DNA of 64,000 nucleotides from Macrostomum lignano (taxonomy: Eukaryota), in the NCBI GenBank assembly GCA_002269645.1, contig NIVC01000642.1:149586-213585 (forward strand). Direction: 5' to 3'. Shown here in pieces: positions 11,575 to 24,258 of the stretch. The notes below the pieces were generated by a model. It worked only from the letters and a program-made list of their open reading frames with translations, ran no database searches and was not told the origin of the DNA. How positions within the stretch are numbered: position 1 is the stretch's first letter; the number at the start of each line of letters is the position of its first letter. Both the position numbers and the translations under genes were made by a program.

Positions 11575-14500
11575 TAGTGTCTGTCTTAGTATCTGTCTTA
11601 GTGTCTGTCTTAGTGTCTGTCTGTCTGTCTGTCTATCTGTCTGTCTGCCTGTGTCCTAGTGATAGTTAATCTATCTTTTCGACTTTCTGCTATTGGCATG
11701 TCTAAGTGACTAACGGCAGGTAACACAGGTAAAATAGGAAAGAAATGAAATTTTAGAGACGACTCTAAAACGACGAGATGTCACGTTACAGGTCGCCACG
11801 TTAGAGTCGCCTGAGAGCCACTCTAAAGTGTTTTTATTGTTTGCGACTCTGGAGCCGCAGAGTCAGATCTGAGGCGTGCCAGAGACGCTGCAGAATGACT
11901 GATTTGCGTCTAAAGCGCATCTGAGTCACTTTCAATTACATCATTGTTTTTTTGTCAATATTAAACTAACCTGGGCAACGCGCATCAATGTCGCGCTGCC
12001 AGTACAGCTATCAGATACTTGCCTGGTGAGCGGCCATGCAGCACTCGTTTCTGGGTTCGGACAGTCCCGGCATTGCCTGCCAGCGGCCGACGCGCGGGTC
12101 CAACCATTCGGCGTAGCGCACCGACGCTGCGCCGTATCGGCCGCCGACGGCAAACACGGCGCCGTTTAGTTCGGCGACGGCGCAGCCGCTGCGGGCGCGC
12201 GACATCGGCGGGCCGGGCAGCCAATGGTTGCCGTCGAACTCTTCAACCTGAGTGAGCGAATGGCGAGGATTCAAGCCTCGGGGATCTGAGGAGGTGCTCA
12301 AGCTGAGGATCCAATGAGAAGGTGATCAAGCCGAGGATCCAATGAGAAGGTGCTCAAGCCGAGGATTCGATGTGAAGATGCTCAAGCTGAGGGATGAGTG
12401 CATGATGAGAAGATGCTCAAGCTGAGGAGTGCATGATGAGAAGATGTTCAAGCTGAGCAGTGCATGATGAGAAGATGTTGAGGAGTGTATGATGAGAAGA
12501 TGCTCAAGCTGAGGAGTGCATGATGAGGAGATGCTCAAGCTGAGGAGTGCATGATGAGAAGATGTTCAAGCTGAGCAGTGCATGGTGAGAAGATGTTCAA
12601 GCTGAGGAGTGTATGATGAGAAGATGCTCAAGCTGAGGAGTGCATGATGAGGAGATGCTCAAGCTGAGGAGTGCATGATGAGGAGATGCTCAAGCTGAGG
12701 AGTGCATGATGAGGAGATGCTCAAGCTGAGGAGTGCATGATGAGAAGATGCTCAAGCTGAGGAGTGTATGATGAGAAGATGCTCAAGCTGAGGAGTGCAT
12801 GATGAGGAGATGCTCAAGCTGAGGAGTGCATGATGAGGAGATGCTCAAGCTGAGGAGTGCATGATGAGGAGATGCTCAAGCTGAGGGAGGAGTGCATGAT
12901 GAGATGTTCAAGCTGAGCGCTCAGCCTGTGCCTGTGACGCTGGGCCTCCAGCTCACCGTGGCCAACTCAGAGACGCCATCGGAGCCGCCGCAGGCGAATA
13001 CACGGCAGGCGCCGGTTCTGCCAACAACAGCGGCTGCAGAGAAGCGACTACGCGGGCCGCCTGCTAGCTCGGGTCCGGGACGCCAGGCGCCGCTGTCCGG
13101 GCAGTAGATCTCGCAGCTGCGCAGACACTGACCGCGATTATAACCCCCGGCAACCAGCAGTTTAAAACCGCCTTCGCTTTTATCGTCCAGTCTAACAGCG
13201 CCAAAGGAGGCCCTGGGCGACAGCATGTACGGGAAATGATCGCCGTGGCCGCTAGTAGACGCCGAGTTGTCGCTGTGAAATGAGACCACGCTGCTCTGGG
13301 CGGACGAGCGGCGTCGAACCCGGCACTGCTCCCGCAGCAGGGGGTCCTCGGCTAGGGGCAGCTGGCGGACGCTCATGAGACAGAGGGAGGGGCCGAGCCG
13401 GGCGAGCAGGAGCAGGCAGCTGGCGCCAGCCCGCTGCTGCGGCTGCTGATCGATTATTGACAGCACTCGAGAGGGCAGCTGACGTGAGGAGCGCTGGTTG
13501 TTGCTCTGGGATTTATTAGGGAAGAGAGGGAGGCTGAGGCTGTTGTATTTGAAAATCACAGTGTATCAGGCTGGCTCAGCAACTGACACTCTGGGAGGCT
13601 GGCTCAGCAACTGAGGATCTGGGAGGCTGGCTCAGCAACTGACACTCTGGGAGGCTGGCTCAGCAACTGACACTCTGGAAGGCTGGCTCAGCAACTGAGG
13701 ATCTGGGAGGCTGGCTCAGCAACTGACACTCTGGGAGGCTGGCTCAGCAACTGACACTCTGGGAGGCTGGCCCAGCAACTGACACTCTGGGAGGCTGGCC
13801 TAGCAACTGACACTCTGGGAGTGGGAGGCTGGTCCAGCAACAGAGGATCTGGGAGGCTGGTCCAGCAACTGAGGATCTGGAAGGCTGGCCCAGCAACTGA
13901 GGATCTGGGAGGCTGGCCCAGCAACTGAGGATCTGGGAGGCTGGCCCAGCAACTGACACTCTGGGAGGCTGGCCCAGCAACTGACACTCTGGGAGGCTGG
14001 CCCAGCAACTGACACTCTGGGAGGCTGGCCCAGCAACTGACACTCTGGGAGGCTGGCCCAGCAACTGACACTCTGGGAGTGGGAGGCTGGTCCAGCAACT
14101 GAGGATCTGGGGGGCTGGCTCAGCAACTGAGGATCTGGGAGGCTGGCCCAGCAACTGAGGATCTGGGGGGCTGGCTCAGCAACTGAGGATCTGGGAGGCT
14201 GGCCCAGCAACAGAGGATCTGGGAGGCTGGCCCAGCAACTGAGGATCTGGGAGGCTGGCTCAGCAACTGACACTCTGGGAGGCTGGCCCAGCAACTGACA
14301 CTCTGGGAGGCTGGCCCAGCAACTGACACTCTGGGAGTGGGAGGCTGGTCCAGCAACTGAGGATCTGGGGGGCTGGCTCAGCAACTGAGGATCTGGGAGG
14401 CTGGCCCAGCAACTGAGGATCTGGGGGGCTGGCTCAGCAACTGAGGATCTGGGAGGCTGGCCCAGCAACTGAGGATCTGGGAGGCTGGCCCAGCAACTGA

Positions 14501-17500
14501 GGATCTGGGGGGCTGGCTCAGCAACTGAGGATCTGGAAGGCTGGCCCAGCAACTGAGGATCTGGGAGGCTGGCCCAGCAACTGAGGATCTGGGAGGCTGG
14601 CATAGCAACAGAGGATCTAACGCACCATGATCTTAGCGTGCATCCGACGCGAATCAATGTAATCCCTCAGCTGAGGCAGGTGGCTGGCCAGCTCAAGCTT
14701 CGCGTCGTCGGCGGCCGCAGCGTCCTCGGGACCCGAGGAGTCGGACAAAGCCACCGCAGCAGCCGCAGCGACAACAGCCGTGGCGAACTGCTGCTGCTCG
14801 CAGTCGATAACAGCCGAACCGTCTGAGGTCAGGTAGAGCAGGTGAACCTGGCCGGCGATGTGCGCCAGGAGTCGCTGAGCAGTGGCTGTCTGGCAGAAGT
14901 CGCCGAGAGTAGCGACAGCTTCGCCGTACTCCTTCGCCCCGCCGGAGCCAGTCACTGTATTCCGGTCCGCGTCCCCGTTGTCGCTCAAGTCCGTGTCGCT
15001 GTCGGAAGAGTCGGAGTCGGAAGTGCGGCGGTGTCGATCCCGACAGTCCAGTATCAGACGGTGTAGGGTTCCGGCGAACCAGTCGCACAGCAGGTCGCCT
15101 ATAGCGGCTGAGCTGGCGGTCTCAGTGGAGCCGACTGCGAGTGAGGACAGGTGTGTGTGCTGCCAGCTCTTGTTTGTGCGCTGCCAGCTCTTGTTTGTGT
15201 GCTGCCAACTCTTGTTTGTGCGCTGCCAGCTTTTGTTTGTGTGCTGCCAGCTCTTGTTTGTGTGCTGCCAGCTCTTGTTTGTGCGCTGCCAGCTCTTGTT
15301 TGTGCGCTGCCAGCTCTTGTTTGTGCGCTGCCAGCTCTTGTTTGTGCGCTGCCAGCTCTTGTTTGTGTGCTGCCAACTCTTGTTTGTGCGCTGCCAGCTT
15401 TTGTTTGTGTGCTGCCAGCTCTTGTTTGTGTGCTGCCAGCTCTTGTTTGTGTGCTGCCAGCTATAGTGAGTGTGCTGCCAGCTCTTGTTTGTGCGCTGCC
15501 AACTCTTGTTTGTGCGCTGCCAGCTCTTGTTTGTGTGCTGCCAACTCTTGTTTGTGCGCTGCCAGCTTTTGTTTGTGTGCTGCCAGCTCTTGTTTGTGTG
15601 CTGCCAGCTCTTGTTTGTGTGCTGCCAGCTATAGTGAGTGTGCTGCCAGCTCTTGTTTGTGCGCTGCCAACTCTTGTTTGTGCGCTGTCAGCTTTTGTTT
15701 GTGTGCTGCCAGCTATAGTGAGTGTGCTGCCAGCTCTTGTTTGTGCGCTGCCAACTCTTGTTTGTGCGCTGTCAGCTTTTGTTTGTGTGCTGCCAGCTAT
15801 AGTGAGTGTGCTGCCAGTTCTGAATCAGTCAGTGGGTAGGTACCTACGACACTAACGACACTCGTAGTGACACTAACACATTACATATTAAGGGAAACCT
15901 CTATAAAGTCACACAATATAATAATACTCATACGTGGATTTCGCATGGTATTCATAGCATAACTTTCAACGGAAAGCAGCTAACAGAACCCGTTTTTTCA
16001 GGCAGTTTAAACCCAGTTTTAGTTGTAGGAGTTACCAGTAGATCGAATAGCGATACATAAATCACATGCAGTCGCAGTCAGCTAAAGTAGCAATTTCACT
16101 CTCACTGCTAGTGCCTGCTATGCCATCCCAAAGCGGTGTAGCTAGGAAGGCAACAAGTAAACATGTTATTGCGCACTTTTATAATCAAGTCGTGACTCGT
16201 GACTTAAGAGAAGTTTGTTAACTTTAAAGATATTAAGAATTCATATAGATTGCGTAACTCTTACCTAGCAGGTCAACTTTTATCTTAGGCAGCGGACAAT
16301 CCAAGTCCAAGTCTACTATCTCTGCCAAATGCTGCACAATGTAGTTATCGATACCGTCAACTAGGCTGTCAAAGTCGGTTACTTGGGAGCGAAGCTCTGA
16401 AACATGGCACAGAGTTTTGGGAGAATTCATACAGATAGTATTAGAGGAATTCATGCCGGATTACCCGTGACACCTGTGGGATTTTAGATCAATGGGGGAT
16501 TAGTGGCAACACCTGTGGGATCTGAGATCCATGGGAGATTAGTAGCGAGACACCTGGGGGATCTGAGATCTATAGGAGATTAGTGGCGAACACCTGTGGG
16601 ATCTATGGGAGATTAGCGACGCTTGTGGGATGAGATCCATGGCTATGGGAGATTAGTGGCGACACCTGTGGGATCTGAGATCCATGGGAGATTAGTGACG
16701 ACACCTGGGGGATCTGAGATCCATGGGAGATTACTGACGACACCTGTGGGATCTGAGATCCATGGGATATTAAAGGCGAACATCTGTGGGATCTGAGATC
16801 CATGGGAGATTAGTGGCGAGACACCTGGGGGATCTGAGATCTATAGGAGATTAGTAGCGAACACTTGTGGGATCTATGGGAGATTAGTGGCGACACCTGG
16901 GGGATCTGAGATCCATGGAAGATTACTGGCGACACCTGTGGGATCTGAGATGCATGGGATGTTAAAGGCGAACATTTGTGGGATCTGAGATCCATGGGAG
17001 ATTAGTGGCGAGACACTTGGGGGATCTGAGATCCATGGGAGATTAGTGGCGAGACACCTGGGGGATCTGAGATCCATGGGAGATTAAAGGCGAACACCTG
17101 TGGGATCTGAGATCCATGGGAGATTAGTGGCGACACTAATGTGAGATCTGAGATCCATGGAGATTAGCGACACCTGTGGGATCTATAGGAGATTAGCGAC
17201 ACTAGTGGGATCTGAGATCCATGGGAGATTAGTGGCGACACGTGGGGGAGCTCCAAGATGCACAATCAAGCTGCGGAAAAGAAGGCACAAAAGCAGAATA
17301 CACCAACCAAGCACGTTGCGCGGCTTCAACCCAGCCAGTAGTGTCTGGGCGCAGTACTTGACCAGAACAGGCAGGCGTAGGTAGCAGGCTGCCGAGTGCA
17401 GCTGGGCCAGAGCCAGAGGCTCCATCGAGCCGGGATCCGGCAGGCAGCCGGTGTACACAAAGTGCAGTGCATGGCCAAACGCATCCGGCGTGAGATGACG

Positions 17501-17695
17501 CGGCAGGTTAAAGTGTCCACAGTTTGGTTCCTCAGTTAGCAGGCGCATGAAATGCGGTGACGCCGCCGCTAGAACGCATTTGTGCACCAGAAAGCGGCGC
17601 CCGTGAACGCTAATCTGCAGATCGCAAAACATGCCCTCCTCGCGTAGCTTGGCCAGCTTGGCCAGGTGATCGGGTATGCCACTAGGCTCAGACAT
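10987..17695 (-). CDS. BTB-BACK-Kelch (Kelch-like family) protein, ~759 aa
   Basis: Exons (-): 17695-17308, 16396-16265, 15134-14626, 13505-12957, 12247-12023, 11463-10987. Total 2280 nt; intron phases 1,1,0,0,0 all match. BTB motif FCDLQISVHGRRFLVHKCVLAAASPHF; BACK-like LVDGIDNYIVQHLAEIV; Kelch repeats LLVAGGYN, VFACGGSDG, VFAVGGRYG, LWVAGGSDG, LWLVGGSDG, LLALGGFSG. Confidence 0.9.
11498..11655. repeat. (CTGT)n microsatellite in Kelch intron 5
   Basis: Tetranucleotide run read directly. Confidence 0.95.
12290..12915. repeat. 31-bp minisatellite in Kelch intron 4 (GCTGAGGAGTGCATGATGAGAAGATGCTCAA)n
   Basis: Direct periodicity, about 20 copies. Confidence 0.95.
13567..14617. repeat. 28-bp minisatellite in Kelch intron 3 (GGAGGCTGGCYCAGCAACTGA[GGAT/CACT]CTG)n
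   Basis: Direct periodicity with two interspersed variants; starts ~9 nt inside the donor end of the intron. Confidence 0.95.
15155..15820. repeat. 21-bp minisatellite in Kelch intron 2 (CTGCCAGCTCTTGTTTGTGYG)n
   Basis: Direct periodicity; explains ORFs 15122-15855. Confidence 0.95.
16470..17245. repeat. ~39-bp minisatellite in Kelch intron 1 (GATCTGAGATCCATGGGAGATTAGTGGCGACACCTGTGG)n
   Basis: Direct periodicity with indel variants. Confidence 0.9.
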
Positions 17696-18801
17696 TTGGG
17701 ATACGGTATAGCCTGTCCGTTTAAATGTTGTGGTCTCTCTGGACTGCTAATTTTAAGTGCAACGCATTCAAGCATGCAAGTTTTTATTCAGAGTCTTGAT
17801 GTTCAGAATGAACTTGAATAGACAATATAATGGCATGAAAACACAGTAAACACAATCATGCTTAAGCCATGGATCACTGGTTTGATTTTGTGTGCATTCA
17901 TATTAGTTTGTGGCTTGTGCAAAAAATATCCTAAGGCTACATTGCTGCTAAGCTTTTGGAAAAAAAGGCCTACATTTCGGTTTACACACAATGATAAACC
18001 TTAAACTTAATTTGGTATATAAACAAAGTTTATCAGAATATAAATAAAAGAAATTTGTAATCAATTTAAATGATCAAAACATTTTGAACATTTTGCATAG
18101 GAACATGAATTTTATTAAGTCAAACGTATACTTTTACAATTAAAAAACATAAAAAGCATGTTTAACTTCATCAGAACTATATAAATAGCAATGCTATAGT
18201 ACTTAGCCATTGCTACTATGAGCTATTTAAACATTTTTTAAATTATCAAGTTAGTTCATAGATAAAACAATTTCTAATCTTAGCATATTAGCATAAGGTG
18301 CTAATATTTGTTTTTATTGCAATAGGCAATCTAACAACATTGCTATTAATATTTTATTAAAATGCCATAGGGTTAATAATCTCTCTATTAAAATCTACAT
18401 ATACTAATTAATGTAATAAACATGACATTAGGAACAAAAATTACTCCATAATGTTTTAGCTCTAACTTTTTTTGCTTAAACTCTAGCTACATTCCAAAAA
18501 GGCTTTAGATCTTATAGTTAGACATAGTCCATTGGATTTTTAATACAAATAGTTGGTAGATCACTAGATCAGTAGCAGCATTGTTATAGACTAGATTGGC
18601 AATAGCATTGGGCAATGGGCATTGGCACTTATCACATTTTTTCTAGTATACACATACACTAAGCTATGCCTTTACTTAAAAAAATAATTATAAATAGTAA
18701 AGTGATTGCAGTTTCACTTTAACTTTATATAATTTATCCCATATTATACTTAAAATTATACTTAAATAATTTTTATGAATGATATAGAAATATTATATAA
18801 T

Positions 18802-19449
18802 GGCAACCAATCAAAAGGGTGACAGATGAAAAGGGCAACAGTCAAAAGGGCGATAGTCAAAAGGGTGACAGGGTATTAGACCAAGAACTACTTAAGTAGA
18901 AGGATGGGAAACCTTGTTTCTTTGAAAATCTTAGAATCTGCCTCCTATCAAAAGCAATAACAAGATATGTTAAGACATTAGAAATATTAGAATTGTGAGT
19001 GTTGGTATTGTGCATGTATATATACATTAATGTACATTTAAACATAGTTCAATGAGGTTTATTTATTTTATTTATTTACTTCAAATACTGGAGAAAATTC
19101 AGCCGTGGCAACTGCTTAATAGATGATCTAGGCCTACTAAAGGCGGTTAGTGAAATAAATGGACCTCACTGAACCACATTTTAACATTAATAGTGTGTCC
19201 AATATGTGTTTAGCTTTTATACATAACTGCTTGTACATTTTTAACAATGTAACAATGTATGGTAACAATACCATATATTGTTTTAACAAATACAAGTATG
19301 ATATATTTTTACTGCTCTAGTAGTAACAAATACTTCTAATGTATGTGGAACTTGTAATTTCAATATAAGTACACTGTAACTGTCGCCCTTTTGATTCTCG
19401 CACTTTTGACTATCGCCCTTTTGATCTGTCACCCTTTTGACCTGCAGCC
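18802..19449. mobile_element. Non-autonomous foldback/Mutator-like MITE
   Basis: ~65-bp imperfect TIRs built from 15-bp subrepeats (TCAAAAGGGYGACAG), termini GGC...GCC. Flanks ttatataat (18793-18801) and ttgtataat (19450-19458) give a 9-bp TSD with one mismatch. Confidence 0.7.
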
Positions 19450-20900
19450 TTGTATAATGTAGTAAAAATAAATAGTATAATAAAAATTATGTTGAAAAAT
19501 GATAGACAAAAATTGAAACATTTTATACTATTAATAGATAAAGGTTTTTGGATAGTTTCTTCTTTCATTTTCTATCTTTATCTTTATTTTAAGTGGACAT
19601 TAGTTTTAATTTAGAAAAAAGTTTCTTTTTACTTATCAATAAATACAATTACAAAACTTGTAAAGATTCCAATGATATATATATTATAAGTTATTTTTTG
19701 ATATTTTAGGATTTTAAAATATACTATTCACTTAAAAAGTTTTAATTTCTTATTGATTTTTGTATATTTTTAGTAGCTGGGTCATTTTAAGATAGGGTGT
19801 CCTATCATGTTTTTTAACTTTAAACATTTGTAACTTTTGAACCAAAAGGCAAAATAGATCTAGAACAAGGCTGCAAAAAGCAATCTGTATCAAACTTCTA
19901 GTTCCATATTTTTATAGGTCCCAGGTCAATTCGGTGACAAGACATTTCGGTGACAACAACTTCGGTGACAACTTGGGACGTTTCGGTGACACCAGTGGTC
20001 AATTCGGTGACAATCTTTTTAGACTTGGTTTGACTATTTTTCGTTGTTAAATATTAAAATATAGCTGTCACTATAAACTCTTAATAAAGTATTGATGGTT
20101 CGTATGCTATCAATTATCTTTTTGTTTGAGTGCGTTTCGAGGCATAATCACTTATAGCGCGCACTTAATTTTATCCATACTTTTCATTTTTCAACTCAAG
20201 TCAACTGTCAACGATCCAATTGATGATTCGATTTTTTGTACTACATCTACTACATGTACATGTATTGTAGATGTACATGTACATGTACGTCTTAAAGCCA
20301 TTGAACGAGTTTAGAAAACAACTGTATACCTATAGCGTAGCTTATGACTGTATATACGAGTATGTTATGTGCTAATTCAGGGACTAAGGCAAAGGGCGCC
20401 AATAGGGGCGGACCCACGGATAGAGCTTGATAGAACTTATTGACCCCCCTAAAACCTAAAAACTTATTAACCCAAAAACTAATTGAGCACCATTTAAACT
20501 AGATTTTCGCCTCCTACACGCATTTTTGCACCCCTAGCTTAAAATAAATTAGCGCCCCTCATACTCATGTTGGCGCCCAAAACTTGGACCGACCGCGCCC
20601 CCCGCCCCCTCCCCCCTTTGATGTATAGTCAAAAGCTATAGCTTCTTCTTGGTGTCTGATTTTCGTAAACAAATTTATTGTCGTTACTAAATCAAGCTAT
20701 TTCAAAGCAGTAGTTACAGTGCAGTGCAAGTATATGAATCGATAGTATAATGAGCTGAATGATAGAGAACTAAGCAGTAAACATATTTGCACCAAAAAAG
20801 GCGTCAACACAAGTCGACACAACATGTACAGTACAGTATTTAATATAATGAGTATACGAATCAGAATACTCATTTATTCTGATCACTGTCAGAATACTCA

Positions 20901-21020
20901 CAGTGGCGCAACCGGGGGGGGGGGGCGGTTGCCCCTCCTTCGGGGGACACCGGAAAAAATCAAAGGGGACCAAGCGAATGATTCGCCCTTCCCCTCAACA
21001 AATTTCTGGTTGCGCTACTG
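20901..21020. mobile_element. 120-bp hAT-like MITE nested in the MULE
   Basis: TIR cagtggcgcaacc / ggttgcgctactg (12/13 match) with a poly-G interior. No TSD; the right end abuts the transposase remnant. Confidence 0.55.
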
Positions 21021-21041
21021 CGAGAGTACACAGTCGTCATG

Positions 21042-21725
21042 TCACTTCGGATTAAAGAGACGACCACAGGATTTAAGCAGCCGCCGAGTGCTTCGAGTAC
21101 CTTGTTCATGTTCCGCCCAGTAGCGAAATAAACGAGACTGAACTGTGCGGTACCCTTGCCGCTGCTCTCGACGCAGTACCCCTCTGGACAGCAGGTGAGC
21201 CTGGAGTGGCACCAGGATAGCTTCCTCGTGGAGCAGTTGCAGCAATAGATAGAACTGGAGGTTGCGTCTTCCCAGCTTTACGGTTTAGGCGATAGTGCCA
21301 GCCCTCCAGGTCGTTGTTGGTCCTGATGGGCTGACCAAACACGCAAATGTCATCCGCTTTCCAGTTGCTGCCTTTGCCCAACCATGTACTGCCAATGTAC
21401 TCGCATAGTTCCTGCAGCCTTTCGTCTACCTGAGCAGCTTGCGAAGCTCGGAGGCTTTCAAACACCTCGTTAATCTCGTCACGTGGCAGGTACGGCAGTG
21501 CCATCAACTTCCGGACGAACCGTTCTGTGCCATCATCATCACGATAGGACTGCTGCAGACCCACGTTCTGAACTTTTCGCCAGACTGCCTAGGTCCAGTG
21601 GAAATTGCAGCCCTGCACTTCAGCCTGCGGAAAGATGCATCGAACCGCCTTCCAGGCTGGCTGCTCATAGTCGAGAACGAATCTCGCGGGTGAGAAATCG
21701 GGAGCGAATCTTCGAACTTCCCTTA
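21042..21725 (-). pseudogene. MULE transposase C-terminal remnant
   Basis: Translation FVLDYEQPAWKAVRCIFPQAEVQGCNFHWT*AVWRKVQNVGL...LMALPYLP...RTNNDLEGWHYRLN carries the MULE D(F/Y)E, CxFH and RTNNxxEGWH motifs. Premature TAG at 21591-21589, a frameshift near 21260 (continues in ORF 21042..21245), and the N-terminus is absent. Confidence 0.85.
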
Positions 21726-24258
21726 AAATGGCTTTAAGGGACTAAAATGACTTTACATTTATACACATGTACGTGTTTATGTTGACATGGTCACGAGCCG
21801 CGACCATAAGTTTACTGTACACGCACAGGACAGTTGTCAATAAGCGCCAAAACTAATTACAAGATAATTTCAAGCCAACTCACCCACACTCGTAACCTAT
21901 ACTCTGTGAGGCGCACATACAGTAGCGGATCTAGAATTTCATTTGGGGGCCGAAAGGGGGGGGGCGTCGGTCCAAGTTTTGGGCGCCAACATGAGTATGA
22001 GGGGCGCTAATTTATTTTAAGCTAGGGGTGCAAAAATGCGTGTAGGAGGCGAAAATCTAGTTTAAATGGTGCTCAATTAGTTTTTGGGTTAATAAGTTTT
22101 TAGGTTTTAGGGGGGGTCAATAAGTTCTATCAAGCTCTATCCGTGGGTCCGCCCCTATTGGCGCCCTTTGCCTTAGTCCCTGAATTAGCACATAACATAC
22201 TCGTATATACAGTCATAAGCTACGCTATAGGTATACAGTTGTTTTCTAAACTCGTTCAATGGCTTTAAGACGTACATGTACATGTACATCTACAATACAT
22301 GTACATGTAGTAGATGTAGTACAAAAAATCGAATCATCAATTGGATCGTTGACAGTTGACTTGAGTTGAAAAATGAAAAGTATGGATAAAATTAAGTGCG
22401 CGCTATAAGTGATTATGCCTCGAAACGCACTCAAACAAAAAGATAATTGATAGCATACGAACCATCAATACTTTATTAAGAGTTTATAGTGACAGCTATA
22501 TTTTAATATTTAACAACGAAAAATAGTCAAACCAAGTCTAAAAAGATTGTCACCGAATTGACCACTGGTGTCACCGAAACGTCCCAAGTTGTCACCGAAG
22601 TTGTTGTCACCGAAATGTCTTGTCACCGAATTGACCTGGGACCTTTTTATATAGCTGCTTATGAATCCTAAATTAACTAAACACATAGGTCATAGTAGAG
22701 CATAAACTAGGCCTATGCTGATGGTTATTTGGTGATAAAAATGACTTGACTTAGTTTGAATTAATTTATTTGTATACCTAACTTTTATGCTTTTTCCTAG
22801 AATGTTTCCATAGTTCAGATTGTGTTTTAATGTACACTGGGTTTATGCCAGAAAAAATGACAAGACCTCATTTGTATGCCAGGTCCATAGTCCAGATCAT
22901 GCTGGGTGCATGCCTGAACAAAAAATCAATAGTTACAAATGCACACTAATAAAACTGAGTGCATGCGACCATTCTTAAAACTCTATTGGTGCTGCAACAA
23001 CAAATGACCTTTTTTCCCATTGTGACAATAAATGACCTTTTTTATTGCATAATAGACCTTTTTGACAGATATTTGATTCATTTTTTTGCTTTTTGGCAAT
23101 ACTATTTATAGTAGAAAATTGATACATGCATAGATTTGTTTAAATGAGTTATTACTAAAAAATTATGATTGATATTTTCTTATTTAACAAGTCTACTTTA
23201 TGACTTTCAGACTTATGTTAATGTTGGTTGCTTGCTTGCAAGTTGCAGCCATTGCTGGTTGGGTTGGGCTCCCTAAATACATATGCCCTTGTAATAGTAG
23301 TAGCAATATTAAATGACTCAGGAAAAAAGCCTGACTGGTCAATATGAAAAGCTGTTTATCTAATTTTCTTGTTAAAAGTAAATTGAATGTACTAAATCTA
23401 AATTATAGGCCTCCTCTTGGGCCTAGGCGCCTCCCGAAGTTAATATTTTCTACGAACTTATTAAATTTGAGTTTGCGCAAATTCAAATTACTTTTTGTAT
23501 ATTAAAAACAAAGCAAAACATGCCAAGTACAGTAAACTTTGTAGCACAAAATAAGATTAGCTTTAAGAAAAAATTATTTTAGTATATTTAAATCTTTCGG
23601 TTTCACACAAGTTGTGTAGGCTGGTGTATTTATAGTGACGTTTAAATTTGACTCTCCGGCCTGTAAAATAATGAATTGCCGATACTAACACTTGAACTTT
23701 CAGCCGTCGAGAGTGCCAAGTCAGAGCGCCAACTCTTATTATAACAATCGATGATTTATATTTATATTGGTTACTTATCAGTCATTAAAACAAAAGTTTC
23801 ATTATAAAATTATCTTGCAAAATAACATAAATTACATACAGTAAAAAGTACAGTGAGATAAATACAATATAAATACTATAATACCAATACAACCTGATAA
23901 GAGTAAATACGAAATTATTTACTTTTAAATTACATACGCAGATATACGCAGGCTCTGCGCTGCCCTGCCCGCCGACTAATTAGGTCTATGAGCAAGGACA
24001 ATCCTATGCAATTTTTGCCTTAATAATTCCTGTTCTGTATTTAAATACAGCCTGTTGTTCTATTGTTTTTCGTTGAAGACCACCCGAAGATGCTGTAAAA
24101 TATATTATTAGGCCGAAAGGCGTGCTTTTAATTAAATACAAAATTTAGTACTGTGATTAGTTCTGTAATTTGTAAATTCTGTAAAACAAAGTTCTGTAAT
24201 GTGTAAATTATAAACTCCTACTAGGGCCTAGTACTGTTATATTTCTAAGTATATATTA

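Larger units (their letters stand above)
19917..22643. mobile_element. Mutator-like (MULE) DNA transposon with ~677-bp TIRs, internally deleted
   Basis: Arms 19917-20593 and 21967-22643 are near-identical inverted copies; the same 62-aa spurious ORF appears at 20126+ and 22434-, each 209 nt from its end. Termini GGTCCC...GGGACC. Perfect 8-bp TSD TTTTTATA (19909-19916, 22644-22651). Subterminal TTCGGTGACA repeats. Confidence 0.9.

Noticed and set aside
20126-20314. Identical 62-aa ORFs at 20126 (+) and 22246-22434 (-)
   Set aside because: A consequence of the MULE inverted arms; AT-rich with no coding signature.
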